Assembly: GCA_031255215.1 (NCBI GenBank)
Contig: JAIRSY010000040.1
Span: 1 to 34,205 of the forward strand
From: Christensenellaceae bacterium
Lineage (GTDB): Bacteria > Bacillota > Clostridia > Christensenellales > UBA1242
DNA length: 34,205 bases
Direction of reading: 5' to 3'
Made by a program: the position numbers and the translations under genes
Shown: positions 9,190-17,376 of the stretch, piece after piece
How positions within the stretch are numbered: the stretch's first letter is position 1
Layout: every line of letters begins with the position of its first letter
The notes under the pieces: model-generated
Told to the model about the DNA's origin: nothing
The model's input: the letters and a program-made list of their open reading frames with translations, nothing else
Database searches by the model: none

Positions 9190-9379
9190 CGTCGTTTTCC
9201 TTCAAAAGTTTTATAAACTTCCCATCCGCAACCTTACTCTCTTCCTTTAACTCCTTCAAAATCGCCGCCGCCTCGGTAAAACTCTCAAAAAAAGTCTCAT
9301 AATCTTTCGCACCTTCAAGCACCTTAATGCGGCCCTCAATCTCCTTGAACTTATCGTCAACTTTGTCATTCCGCTCCAT
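9173..9379 (-). CDS. xseB: Exodeoxyribonuclease VII small subunit
   Basis: 68-aa helical ORF overlapping the end of xseA. EIEGRIKVLEG...FFESFTEAAAILKELKE resembles the XseB helical hairpin. The call rests partly on position. Confidence 0.6.
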   Translation of the reverse strand: MERNDKVDDKFKEIEGRIKVLEGAKDYETFFESFTEAAAILKELKEESKVADGKFIKLLKENDDAFND

Positions 9380-10406
9380 CTACTTTTACCACCTTTACCT
9401 TTATTATACCATCAATCATTTTAATAATCAAGTCATCATCCACCCTTACCCCCACAACGGATTTTATAATCTTACCGTCTTTTCTAACGGCAACAAGTCC
9501 GCTGTGCAGTATGTTTTTATACTGCTCTATTTGATTGGTAAAAAAGGAATACCGCCCCGTAAATACCAACCTTAACCGCTTATAAACGTTTAATATTCTC
9601 TCCTCTATCGTTCTTAATTCCGGCACCACCATTTCCGCCGCCGCACTTGGGGTTGGTGCCCTTAAATCACTTACATAATCAATCAAGGTCGTATCCGTTT
9701 CATGTCCCACGGCGGAAACGACAAACAACTTGCTGGCCGCAACGGCACGTGCCAATTCCTCACTGTTAAAAATATTCAAATCATCCGCACTCCCTCCGCC
9801 CCTCGCAATTATTAAAATATCGACGTTTTTGCGTTCGTTGAAATACTTTATCCCTTCTATAATTTGTGAATAATTCCCCTGAACGACCGCCGGATAAAGA
9901 TAAATGTCTATCGTTTTGTTCCTTCGCCATGTGACGTTCTTTATATCCTGTATCACCGCCCCGGTCTCACTTGTAATCACCCCAAGTCTTTTGACCGCCT
10001 TTGGAAATTCTTTCTTTTTATCAAAAAGCCCCTCCGCCTTTAATTTCTCAATAAGTTTTTGTAGTTGCTCTAATAAATCACCGGCTCCGCACTTTTCAAT
10101 TTTATAAACATTAAAGTTTATCTTTCCTCTTTTGTTCCAATATTCAATACTTCCGCGAACCTTTACCGTCACCCCGTTTTCAAAATCAACCTTCCCTCCG
10201 CCCTTTACCGCCAATGCCGAATCGAAGTCCCAGCAACTGCAAGAAATCACCGCGTCCTTATCTTTCAAACTGAAAAAGTTTCTGCCACTGTAATCTGTAA
10301 CTTCACCAATAACAAGAATGTCGTGAAGCATGCCCTCCGAAACAAATACACTTTTTATATAGTTGTTTAATTGACTTACCGTAATTTCATTTGCCTCATT
10401 TATCAT
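9366..10406 (-). CDS. xseA: Exodeoxyribonuclease VII large subunit (short, 346 aa)
   Basis: N-terminal OB-fold signature ITVSQLNNYIKSVF...VIGEVTDYS, catalytic core ITSETGAVIQDI...IIARGGGS, and position after nusB. Confidence 0.85.
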   Translation of the reverse strand: MINEANEITVSQLNNYIKSVFVSEGMLHDILVIGEVTDYSGRNFFSLKDKDAVISCSCWDFDSALAVKGGGKVDFENGVTVKVRGSIEYWNKRGKINFNVYKIEKCGAGDLLEQLQKLIEKLKAEGLFDKKKEFPKAVKRLGVITSETGAVIQDIKNVTWRRNKTIDIYLYPAVVQGNYSQIIEGIKYFNERKNVDILIIARGGGSADDLNIFNSEELARAVAASKLFVVSAVGHETDTTLIDYVSDLRAPTPSAAAEMVVPELRTIEERILNVYKRLRLVFTGRYSFFTNQIEQYKNILHSGLVAVRKDGKIIKSVVGVRVDDDLIIKMIDGIIKVKVVKVDGAE

Positions 10407-10764
10407 TGCGAAGCACCCCGTTTATAAACCCCGCGGATTCGTCGCCGCTGTATCTCTTCGCTAAATTTACACATTCATTTACAATAACCGGCTTCGCAAC
10501 TTCCCCTATTAACAATTCCGTCCAATAAAGTCTTAACAACGCCTCATCAACCTTTTTAATCCTCTCCCCCAACGCCGCCTTCGCATCAATTCCATCTTTA
10601 TTTTCCTTGTAAGTCACCAAAATCTTTTCTATAAACTTCCTCTCCGGTTCACTTGCCCTTTTCCCGTCAAGAGCCAACTCCAAAGTTTCCGCGGTTATCG
10701 TCTGTGAATATAAAACACGAAACGCCGCCTCCCGTGCTTCACTCCTGCTTATAACTTCACTCAT
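10396..10764 (-). CDS. nusB: Transcription antitermination factor NusB
   Basis: SRSEAREAAFRVLYSQ...VIVNECVNLAKRY...GFINGVLR. Confidence 0.85.
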   Translation of the reverse strand: MSEVISRSEAREAAFRVLYSQTITAETLELALDGKRASEPERKFIEKILVTYKENKDGIDAKAALGERIKKVDEALLRLYWTELLIGEVAKPVIVNECVNLAKRYSGDESAGFINGVLRNDK

Positions 10765-11077
10765 TCGTCACACCCGCTATCGTCACATTGACCGCTAAAA
10801 CTTTTTTATCGACAAGTTGATGTATGGCGTTTATAACCGATTCCTGAACTTTATAAGATATGTCCGCCACCGTTTTCCCCTTCTCTATCACTACCGAAAT
10901 GTTTACCCTAAACCCCACTTCATCATCAATTATCTTGATCGCCCTTTTTTGTCCCCTCGCAATTCCGGCAACCTCTTCAATCGCCAAAGACACCGCCTCC
11001 CGCAATATTTTAATACCAAACCGAGTTTTACCGATATATTTATCTTTTTCAAAGTGAAGTATTGTGTCCATAATCAT
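10757..11077 (-). CDS. Asp23/Gls24-family (alkaline shock) protein
   Basis: 106 aa with ILREAVSLAIEEVAGI...VNISVVIEKG...VQESVINAI...VNVTIAGV. Its position upstream of nusB matches Firmicutes. Confidence 0.7.
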   Translation of the reverse strand: MIMDTILHFEKDKYIGKTRFGIKILREAVSLAIEEVAGIARGQKRAIKIIDDEVGFRVNISVVIEKGKTVADISYKVQESVINAIHQLVDKKVLAVNVTIAGVTNE

Positions 11078-11163
11078 ATTATATTATATTGACAACAAAA
11101 AGACAAGAAATCTTTATAAAACGAAATCCACATTAAGTTTTGAAACAATAAAACAAACGATGT

Positions 11164-11826
11164 TTATAATTCTATATACTCCGCCATCCGTTCTATCACC
11201 TTTTCCGCCGTCCATTTTGTTGTGTCTATCTCAATCGCGTCCTGTGCCTTTTTTAATGGGTCTATTTCACGCTCCTTGTCCGCTTTGTCCCGCCCCCTTA
11301 CCTGTTCAAATATCTCATTGAAACTTACGGTTTCTCCGCGTGCAAGAAGTTCCGCCTGCCTTCTTTTCGCCTTCACTTCGTCACTCGCCGTAAGAAAAAA
11401 CTTATAGTCCGCATGCGGTAATACCACCGTGCCGATATCCCGACCCTCCACAATAAAACTGCTTTGTGAAACAAGTTCCCCTATCCTGCCGTTTACATAA
11501 TTCCGCACCGTGCCCAACTTCGAAACAATTGATGCACTCTTGCTTATCAAATTATCATTTAATTTAGACGTTACATCGTATCCGTCAATTATCACCCGCA
11601 TATCATCCCTTGTTATTATTATTTGCAAGTCTATCTTGATGAGGGCCAATGCCAAGCCTTTTTCGTCGTCAAAATCAATTTTGTTTTCAATCATCCAAAA
11701 CGCTATCGCCCGATAAATTATACCCGAAGTTAAAACGGGAATCCCCAATCTCCTGGATAAACCTTTCGCCGCCGTCGTCTTCCCCGATGCCGCCCCGCCG
11801 TCAATCGCTATCTGTATATTCTTCAT
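11164..11826 (-). CDS. cmk: Cytidylate kinase
   Basis: IAIDGGAASGKTT P-loop, GIIYRA, VEGRDIGTVVLP. Confidence 0.9.
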   Translation of the reverse strand: MKNIQIAIDGGAASGKTTAAKGLSRRLGIPVLTSGIIYRAIAFWMIENKIDFDDEKGLALALIKIDLQIIITRDDMRVIIDGYDVTSKLNDNLISKSASIVSKLGTVRNYVNGRIGELVSQSSFIVEGRDIGTVVLPHADYKFFLTASDEVKAKRRQAELLARGETVSFNEIFEQVRGRDKADKEREIDPLKKAQDAIEIDTTKWTAEKVIERMAEYIEL

Positions 11827-13403
11827 ACCTCCACCCCAATATTTAATACCTTTTCCGCCGCATCCGGATTCATCATTGAAAGTCTTAACGGCGTAATCGT
11901 AATATGTCCCTTTTTCAAAAAATAAAAGTCACCCTTGTCCTCTAATACTCCCATCCCAAAAGATTCAACTTTGTTTTGAAGCCATGCAAATGTCCGCCCA
12001 AACGGATTGACCTCTAACTCATATTTATTATCCAAAAGTCCATCGGTCAAGTGAGTCCAACAAACTTGCTTCGTATCTATTTTTGACGGAAAGTTCACGT
12101 TCAAAATTCCGCCCTTTGGAATATCATTAAATAATACGCCCAAATTCTTATAAATAAATTTCGTAACCAAGGAGTAAGCCCTCTCGTTCATCTTGTCTTT
12201 AATATTTGCCGATACCGCCATCGACGGAATGTCGTGAATTGCCCCTTCAAACGCCGCGGAAACCGTGCCGCTGCTATAAATCATCTCACCTCGGTTATTT
12301 ACATAATCAATCCCCGAAATTATTAAATCCGGCTTACTCCTTAAAATTTTATTCATTGCAAGTGCAACGCAGTCACACGGCGTCCCGTCCACCGACCATA
12401 TTTTTATCCCGTTCAGCAAAAACCATTGCTTCGAACGAAGCGGCCTTTCATACGTCGTTATCGCATGTCCAACCCCACGAAAGGAATTTAACGGTGCAAC
12501 AACCGTTACCCTATACGACTTGTTTAATTCTTTCGCAAGTGCAATTATACCGGGCGTAAAACAACCCGCCTCGTTCACTAACAAAATCTTTTTTATCTTT
12601 GTTTTCCTATCGTTACCCTTATTCTTTTTAATCATATCAAGTGCATCATAATCCGTTCTATTATAACTTAACGGAGAAATGATTATTTTTTTATCGGCAA
12701 GAAGAGACACCGCCGCCGCGGTATTCTTTTCGTCTAACTTCCTCTTGTTCAAATATTTCGTCCAATAATATTTATCCCCGTTTACATCAATCTTCTCATC
12801 ATATTCGGTCAAAGATGTAAGTTCGTCCATCACGGAAATTACCTCAACCCCATTATAATCCTTGTATTTTTCCACAATAGGAAAAGAGATATTCAAAAAC
12901 GTATCCGTCGGCAGCTTTATTTTCTTAATCTTCTCTAAATTTTTCTCAATAAAATTACATGCCGGCAAAATCTCCTCCGCCGTATGTCCTCCCAATTTAA
13001 TTGGAAGAGCCACCGCAAGAGACGGAACATTAAAGAAGACCGATTCCATCGCCATTCCTATGTTACTGCTGCAAAATTTGTCCGTTCCCAAGGTAAGACC
13101 GTTGTTTATCCCGCATATCACAAGGTCCGGTCTTTTGTTTTCCATAATGCAGCCCAACATAACCGAAATCATGTCCGCCGGCGTCCCGAAAAACTTATAT
13201 GCATCAATCTCGCCGCTCTTCAATCTATACCGCATCTTATCAAACCTTATCGGCTCGCCCTGCATTGAAAAAGAATTCCCCCTTTGATGTGCGGGCGTTC
13301 CCATTCCGCAAATTGTAATTCTATGTTTCTGGTTAAGAACTTCCGCCAACACACGAAGCTCATTCGCCTCAAAACCCATGTCATTCGCAATTAAAATTTT
13401 CAT
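11823..13403 (-). CDS. Tandem SurE-SurE fusion protein (two 5'/3'-nucleotidase SurE-like domains)
   Basis: 526 aa. Domain 1 has MKILIANDMG...GTPADMISV...PDLVICGINNG. Domain 2 has KKILLVNEAG...GTPCDCVALA...PDLIISGIDYVNNRG...SGTVSAAFEG. GGGGAAG SD and a TTGATT-18-TATAAT promoter lie upstream. Confidence 0.8.
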   Translation of the reverse strand: MKILIANDMGFEANELRVLAEVLNQKHRITICGMGTPAHQRGNSFSMQGEPIRFDKMRYRLKSGEIDAYKFFGTPADMISVMLGCIMENKRPDLVICGINNGLTLGTDKFCSSNIGMAMESVFFNVPSLAVALPIKLGGHTAEEILPACNFIEKNLEKIKKIKLPTDTFLNISFPIVEKYKDYNGVEVISVMDELTSLTEYDEKIDVNGDKYYWTKYLNKRKLDEKNTAAAVSLLADKKIIISPLSYNRTDYDALDMIKKNKGNDRKTKIKKILLVNEAGCFTPGIIALAKELNKSYRVTVVAPLNSFRGVGHAITTYERPLRSKQWFLLNGIKIWSVDGTPCDCVALAMNKILRSKPDLIISGIDYVNNRGEMIYSSGTVSAAFEGAIHDIPSMAVSANIKDKMNERAYSLVTKFIYKNLGVLFNDIPKGGILNVNFPSKIDTKQVCWTHLTDGLLDNKYELEVNPFGRTFAWLQNKVESFGMGVLEDKGDFYFLKKGHITITPLRLSMMNPDAAEKVLNIGVEV

Positions 13404-13423
13404 TATCTTCCCCTTTCAAAATC

Positions 13424-13453
13424 ATTATACATTTTTATCCGCCGCGGAATCAA
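13424..13453 (-). promoter_or_regulatory. Sigma-70-type promoter of the surE-fusion/cmk operon (with a 5' leader and SD)
   Basis: On the minus strand: TTGATT (13453-13448), 18-nt spacer, TATAAT (13429-13424), then a ~20-nt leader containing AAAGGGGAAG before the ATG at 13403. Confidence 0.5.
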
Positions 13454-13465
13454 GTGATTTAATAT

Positions 13466-13492
13466 AAGGTTGTGTTTTGCAAAAACAACCTT
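13466..13492. repeat. 27-nt near-perfect palindrome in a divergent intergenic region
   Basis: AAGGTTGTGTTTTG / CAAAAACAACCTT. The arms are complementary except for one missing base, and there is no flanking T-run. Confidence 0.7.
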
Positions 13493-13566
13493 CAAGTTAC
13501 AACACAAACCGTCCCGCAAAATGAATTTGGCAAATTGGAAAGGTGCGGACTTCTCCGGTATAAAAA

Positions 13567-13926
13567 ATGTCAATTCAAAATTTAACGGTGCAATCATCAA
13601 AGAATGCAAATTTCACAAATGCAATTTTCAAAGGTTGTAACCTTGACAATAATGAATTTCTTGGAGCGAAGCTGCAAAACATAGAATTTACAAAATCAAG
13701 TTTGAAAAATTTAACAATTGGCGGGGAGATTACAAACTGCCAATTTACAAATGGCTGCACATTCAAAAAAGTCATTTTCAAAAATGCAACACTTAAAAAT
13801 TTGTTTATTAAAAATGTGTCGAATATGAAATCTATCTTGTTTGAAAATTGCAAGGCGGATAAACTGTCTTACGAATTTTTACGGCTTGCAAAAGCAAATG
13901 TAAATAACATAGAAGTTTTTAGTTAA
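13567..13926 (+). CDS. Pentapeptide-repeat protein (possibly frameshifted; see findings)
   Basis: ANFTN AIFKG CNLDN NEFLG AKLQN IEFTK... places F/L/I at every fifth residue. A 39-codon ORF (13521-13640) in another frame also reads as pentapeptide repeats. Confidence 0.7.
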   Translation: MSIQNLTVQSSKNANFTNAIFKGCNLDNNEFLGAKLQNIEFTKSSLKNLTIGGEITNCQFTNGCTFKKVIFKNATLKNLFIKNVSNMKSILFENCKADKLSYEFLRLAKANVNNIEVFS

Positions 13927-13947
13927 AATTATGTTAAACTGCTTATC

Positions 13948-14622
13948 ATGAGAATCAACAAATATCTGGCAAGCTGCGGTATTGCAAGCCGACGCTCCGC
14001 GGAAAAACTTATCACTGACGGCTTCGTCAAAATAAATAACGTCGTCATCACCAATTTATCAACCGACATCAAAGATACCGACCTTGTCCTTGTAAAAGAC
14101 AAAAAAATATACCCCGTCCAAAATAAAATATACATCATCCTCAATAAACCTGTCGGGGTCTTATCCACTTGCTTTGACCCTCAAAAAAGAAAAACCATTC
14201 TTGATATCGTTAAAGTCAAACAAAGAATCTTTCCCGTCGGCCGCTTGGATTACGATACGTCCGGTCTCCTTATCTTGACCAATGACGGTGCCTTCGCCAA
14301 CAAAATGACCCACCCAAAAAACCAAACAAAAAAAATCTATATCGCAACAACGGACAAACCGCTCACCCTTGCCCAACTTCAACTTCTGTCCAATGGTGTC
14401 TTAATCGACGGCTACAAAACCGCCCCCGCCGAATTTAAGGAAATCGCCGGTCAAAAAATTCAAATCACCATCCACGAAGGTAAAAATCGCCAAATAAGAA
14501 AAATGTTTGAAACTATTGACGTGAAAGTTAAAACTCTCCAACGAATCCAAGAGGATAACATAAAACTTGGCTCCCTCCCAATCGGCAAATGGAAGTTTTT
14601 TACTCCGCAATCTTTTACTTGA
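13948..14622 (+). CDS. S4-domain pseudouridine synthase (RsuA/RluB family)
   Basis: MRINKYLASCGIASRRSAEKLI (S4 domain) and catalytic GRLDYDTSGLLILTNDG. Confidence 0.85.
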   Translation: MRINKYLASCGIASRRSAEKLITDGFVKINNVVITNLSTDIKDTDLVLVKDKKIYPVQNKIYIILNKPVGVLSTCFDPQKRKTILDIVKVKQRIFPVGRLDYDTSGLLILTNDGAFANKMTHPKNQTKKIYIATTDKPLTLAQLQLLSNGVLIDGYKTAPAEFKEIAGQKIQITIHEGKNRQIRKMFETIDVKVKTLQRIQEDNIKLGSLPIGKWKFFTPQSFT

Positions 14623-14666
14623 CGACTAACCCCCGTCAATTCTCCCGAACTTGGCAATCAATGAAT

Positions 14667-15536
14667 TTATATCTCCCTACCGTCATTTGGTTTGTCCGGC
14701 GTAGTTAAATCCGCCGAAAAGCCCTTATCGTATATCTTCTCTTGATTTTTTATGCACGCTATTAACTCGTTTACATCACCGAATTGCTTGATAACGGCAC
14801 GTCGGTCATCTTCATTACCCCAAGAAGGCGGCAACGCACCTACAAGTATATCTTCAACCAATCCGCGAATACCATTAACATCATATTCTTTTATCATGTT
14901 TTGAAGCTCATCCCGCCTTTTTGTATCTACTCTTCCGTCACGGCCGGTTGCATAAACCTCTTCGATTCTATTTATCTCGGAATCATAGTAACCTTTGTTT
15001 ACGCCCTGCAACGCATCCGAAAACGAATATTCTTTCTCGCGGTCATTAACGTAATCATCTCTTCTTATATTGGCGTAAGTAGTGAGCAACTTACTTTTAA
15101 CACTATTATTCCCGACATAATCGGGTCGGTCATCCTGCGAGAGAATATTATGGTGAAGAAGAGCAGTAAAATCATTCATTTGTCTCCCAAAACCATTAAC
15201 CACATTCCCAAAACCAACGTTTACCGAATTCTCCCTAATACGCTTTGAATCAAGGTTCGAATTTAATTCGCCGTCAAGAGATTGCAAAATGCTCTCCTCA
15301 AAATTCACCATTATCCTGTTTACCTCTACCGGAGTACATGCTCTTCCCAAATCCTGAAAGAATCCACCGGGGGCGGGACGCTTCTCTTCATAACCTTTAT
15401 CTGCCTCTTCCTTTTCCTCTTCGGAAAGCCACGCCTTATTATACTTCGCAAGCATTTCCTCGGCATTTTTCCTAACCGCATTTACTTTGTTTTCAAGGTC
15501 TTGACGGCTAAAACCCTTATTTTCAACATTTTCCAT
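14667..15536 (-). CDS. Hypothetical acidic cytoplasmic protein with no recognisable domain
   Basis: 289-aa ORF with no signal peptide or TM segment. It has its own promoter-like element directly upstream. I recognise no motif. Confidence 0.55.
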   Translation of the reverse strand: MENVENKGFSRQDLENKVNAVRKNAEEMLAKYNKAWLSEEEKEEADKGYEEKRPAPGGFFQDLGRACTPVEVNRIMVNFEESILQSLDGELNSNLDSKRIRENSVNVGFGNVVNGFGRQMNDFTALLHHNILSQDDRPDYVGNNSVKSKLLTTYANIRRDDYVNDREKEYSFSDALQGVNKGYYDSEINRIEEVYATGRDGRVDTKRRDELQNMIKEYDVNGIRGLVEDILVGALPPSWGNEDDRRAVIKQFGDVNELIACIKNQEKIYDKGFSADLTTPDKPNDGREI

Positions 15537-15541
15537 GAACC

Positions 15542-15571
15542 ACTATAACACCTTTTCCTAAGAAAGAACAA
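15542..15571 (-). promoter_or_regulatory. Promoter abutting the start codon of the 289-aa ORF (leaderless-type)
   Basis: On the minus strand: TTGTTC (15571-15566), 18-nt spacer ending in TGT, TATAGT (15547-15542), then 5 nt before the ATG at 15536. No SD. Confidence 0.5.
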
Positions 15572-15611
15572 CAAGAATTTTCAAAAAGAAAACCATGTCG
15601 ACCCATCGACC

Positions 15612-15658
15612 AAAAAACCCATATATAGTGTTTGTTGTGTTCGCAATAAACACTATAT
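15612..15658 (-). terminator. Hairpin plus T-run downstream of tilS; copy 1 of the 36-nt palindrome family
   Basis: Arms ATATAGTGTTT (15623-15633) and AAACACTATAT (15648-15658), with further inner pairs. On the minus strand the hairpin is followed by ATGGGTTTTTT. It starts 8 nt after the tilS stop. Confidence 0.6.
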
Positions 15659-15665
15659 GTAGTAT

Positions 15666-17018
15666 TTAATCTTCTCTTATGAACTCAATCACGAACGAAT
15701 CCCTCGTTTCCCTGTCGCATTTTACACTGTCCGCAATCTCAATGCCGCCGACCACCAAAATATCATTTCCATTTGCAAGAACGGGGACCGTAGACCGAAG
15801 CCTCGCGGGAACTTTTTTGTCCGTAAAGAACGCACCCAACGCCTTGGTCCCTCCGCCGAATTTAGTAAATTGGTCGCCCCTTTGCATGAAACGCCACCTT
15901 GCTTTTTTCGGCATTTTGTCCGCATCAATGACCTGCAATCCACGTTCAATCGCCATTTTATGAGCCTCCGTTTTTGTCACCGTAATCGTCCCGAACGATG
16001 CAACCGCAATCTTGCCGACCTTGAACGGATACGAAATGACCTCCGCAAATTCCTCCTTCTTCAATATCGTAATATATTCATACTCCTTTGTTGCATAAAC
16101 CTTGTTTGGCAAATCAATTTTGTCCCCATTTATTCCTTTTTTGGCAAGATTGATTACCATATCAAGGTGTTTCTTCTCCATATTCTTTTTTGCATCCAAC
16201 AAGCCAAAACTCTTTAACAGGATTCTCATAAGAACCGGTGCGGCAAATGTAAATCTGTTTAACGGAATCCGAACGATGTTGCCCTGCCTTGAAATTCCCG
16301 TCATGTCCGCCAATGAATCTAAATATTCATCGTCCGCCCTCGCAATCTTGCCGAAATCAACTATACTTTCCTCAATGCCCCGCCATTCTTCTTTTAACGT
16401 AGGCAGGACGACATTCCTTATAAAGTTTCTGTTATATCCGTTATCATCATTGCTCTCATCTTCTATATTACTTATTCCGTTTTGATAGTTATACGCAATT
16501 AAATCACTCTTCTTAATTTCCAATAAGGGACGAATATAAATTCCCCTTACCGCACGCATTCCGCTTACCCCCGAAAGTCCGCATCCGCGGAAAAGATGAA
16601 GTAAAATCGTCTCCGCCTGGTCATTCAAATGATGGGCAAGTGCAAACTTGCTAAGCCCATGCCGCTTTATCATCTTCTCAAAAACTTCGTATCTTAAAAT
16701 CCGTGCCGATTCCTCTACGCTCATCTTATTCTCCTGGCTATGCTGCAAAACATTTACGGACTGCATTACAAACGGAATGTTGTGCGTCTCACAATACCTT
16801 TTAACAAAAGCCGCTTCCTTTTTTGATGCTTTTCTTAAATTATGGTTTACATGAACCGCCAAAATTGACACACCTATATCCGCCGCAATTCCATTAAGGA
16901 AATGAAGCAACGCCATGGAGTCCGCACCGCCCGATACCCCAACCCCGATTTTGTCGTTTGCCCCCAACATCTTATTTTGTGTCATGTATCTTATGACTTC
17001 TTCTTCAAATTTTTCCAT
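15666..17018 (-). CDS. tilS: tRNA(Ile)-lysidine synthase
   Basis: PP-loop GVGVSGGADSMALL, then LAHHLNDQAETILLHL. Confidence 0.9.
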   Translation of the reverse strand: MEKFEEEVIRYMTQNKMLGANDKIGVGVSGGADSMALLHFLNGIAADIGVSILAVHVNHNLRKASKKEAAFVKRYCETHNIPFVMQSVNVLQHSQENKMSVEESARILRYEVFEKMIKRHGLSKFALAHHLNDQAETILLHLFRGCGLSGVSGMRAVRGIYIRPLLEIKKSDLIAYNYQNGISNIEDESNDDNGYNRNFIRNVVLPTLKEEWRGIEESIVDFGKIARADDEYLDSLADMTGISRQGNIVRIPLNRFTFAAPVLMRILLKSFGLLDAKKNMEKKHLDMVINLAKKGINGDKIDLPNKVYATKEYEYITILKKEEFAEVISYPFKVGKIAVASFGTITVTKTEAHKMAIERGLQVIDADKMPKKARWRFMQRGDQFTKFGGGTKALGAFFTDKKVPARLRSTVPVLANGNDILVVGGIEIADSVKCDRETRDSFVIEFIRED

Positions 17019-17024
17019 CTATCC

Positions 17025-17053
17025 ACTATACAATAATTTCGCTTGACATTCAA
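17025..17053 (-). promoter_or_regulatory. tilS promoter abutting the start codon (leaderless-type)
   Basis: On the minus strand: TTGAAT (17053-17048), 17-nt spacer, TATAGT (17030-17025), then 6 nt before the ATG at 17018. No SD. Confidence 0.55.
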
Positions 17054-17079
17054 GTGTTTATACAATATCATATTCATAA

Positions 17080-17109
17080 TTGAAAAACCGCAAAGGGTTT
17101 TTTTATAAT
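17080..17109 (+). promoter_or_regulatory. Candidate promoter of the rpmG-secE-nusG operon
   Basis: TTGAAA (17080-17085), 18-nt spacer, TATAAT (17104-17109), then a ~90-nt leader before the AAGGAGG SD of rpmG. A second candidate is TTGACA 17043-17048 / TATCAT 17066-17071. Confidence 0.45.
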
Positions 17110-17200
17110 GAGGCATAAGTCGAAGATCTGTTTCACAAAGTGAATTAGGGTTGGAAATCGGGATAATGATGACTTCGCCTTACAAGGAGGTAATAAATCT

Positions 17201-17368
17201 ATGGCGAAAAACAAGGGCAACAGAATACCTATGGTGCTTGTTTGCACCGTTTGTAATCAACGCAACTATGATACTCAAAAAAATAAAAAAAATGACCCCG
17301 AACGTAAAACCCTTAAAAAATATTGTCCGTTCTGTAAAAAAACAACAGAACATAAAGAAAGTAAGTGA
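17201..17368 (+). CDS. rpmG: 50S ribosomal protein L33
   Basis: 55-aa ORF below the ORF-track cut-off: [55 protein letters not shown]. Has the CxxC...CxxC zinc ribbon, an AAGGAGG SD 9 nt upstream, and the classic position before secE-nusG. Confidence 0.9.
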   Translation: MAKNKGNRIPMVLVCTVCNQRNYDTQKNKKNDPERKTLKKYCPFCKKTTEHKESK

Positions 17369-17376
17369 GGTGAACG

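Noticed and set aside
13403-13609. 68-aa minus-strand ORF between the surE fusion and the pentapeptide gene.
   Set aside because: It spans the promoter and palindrome region and overlaps the pentapeptide coding frames in antisense. It has no SD and an implausible sequence.
17086-17103. Small hairpin AAACC-GCAAAG-GGTTT followed by a T-run, considered as a terminator or attenuator upstream of rpmG.
   Set aside because: The stem has only 5-6 bp. It lies exactly in the spacer of the best rpmG promoter candidate, and no upstream plus-strand gene needs terminating there. It is kept only as a note.
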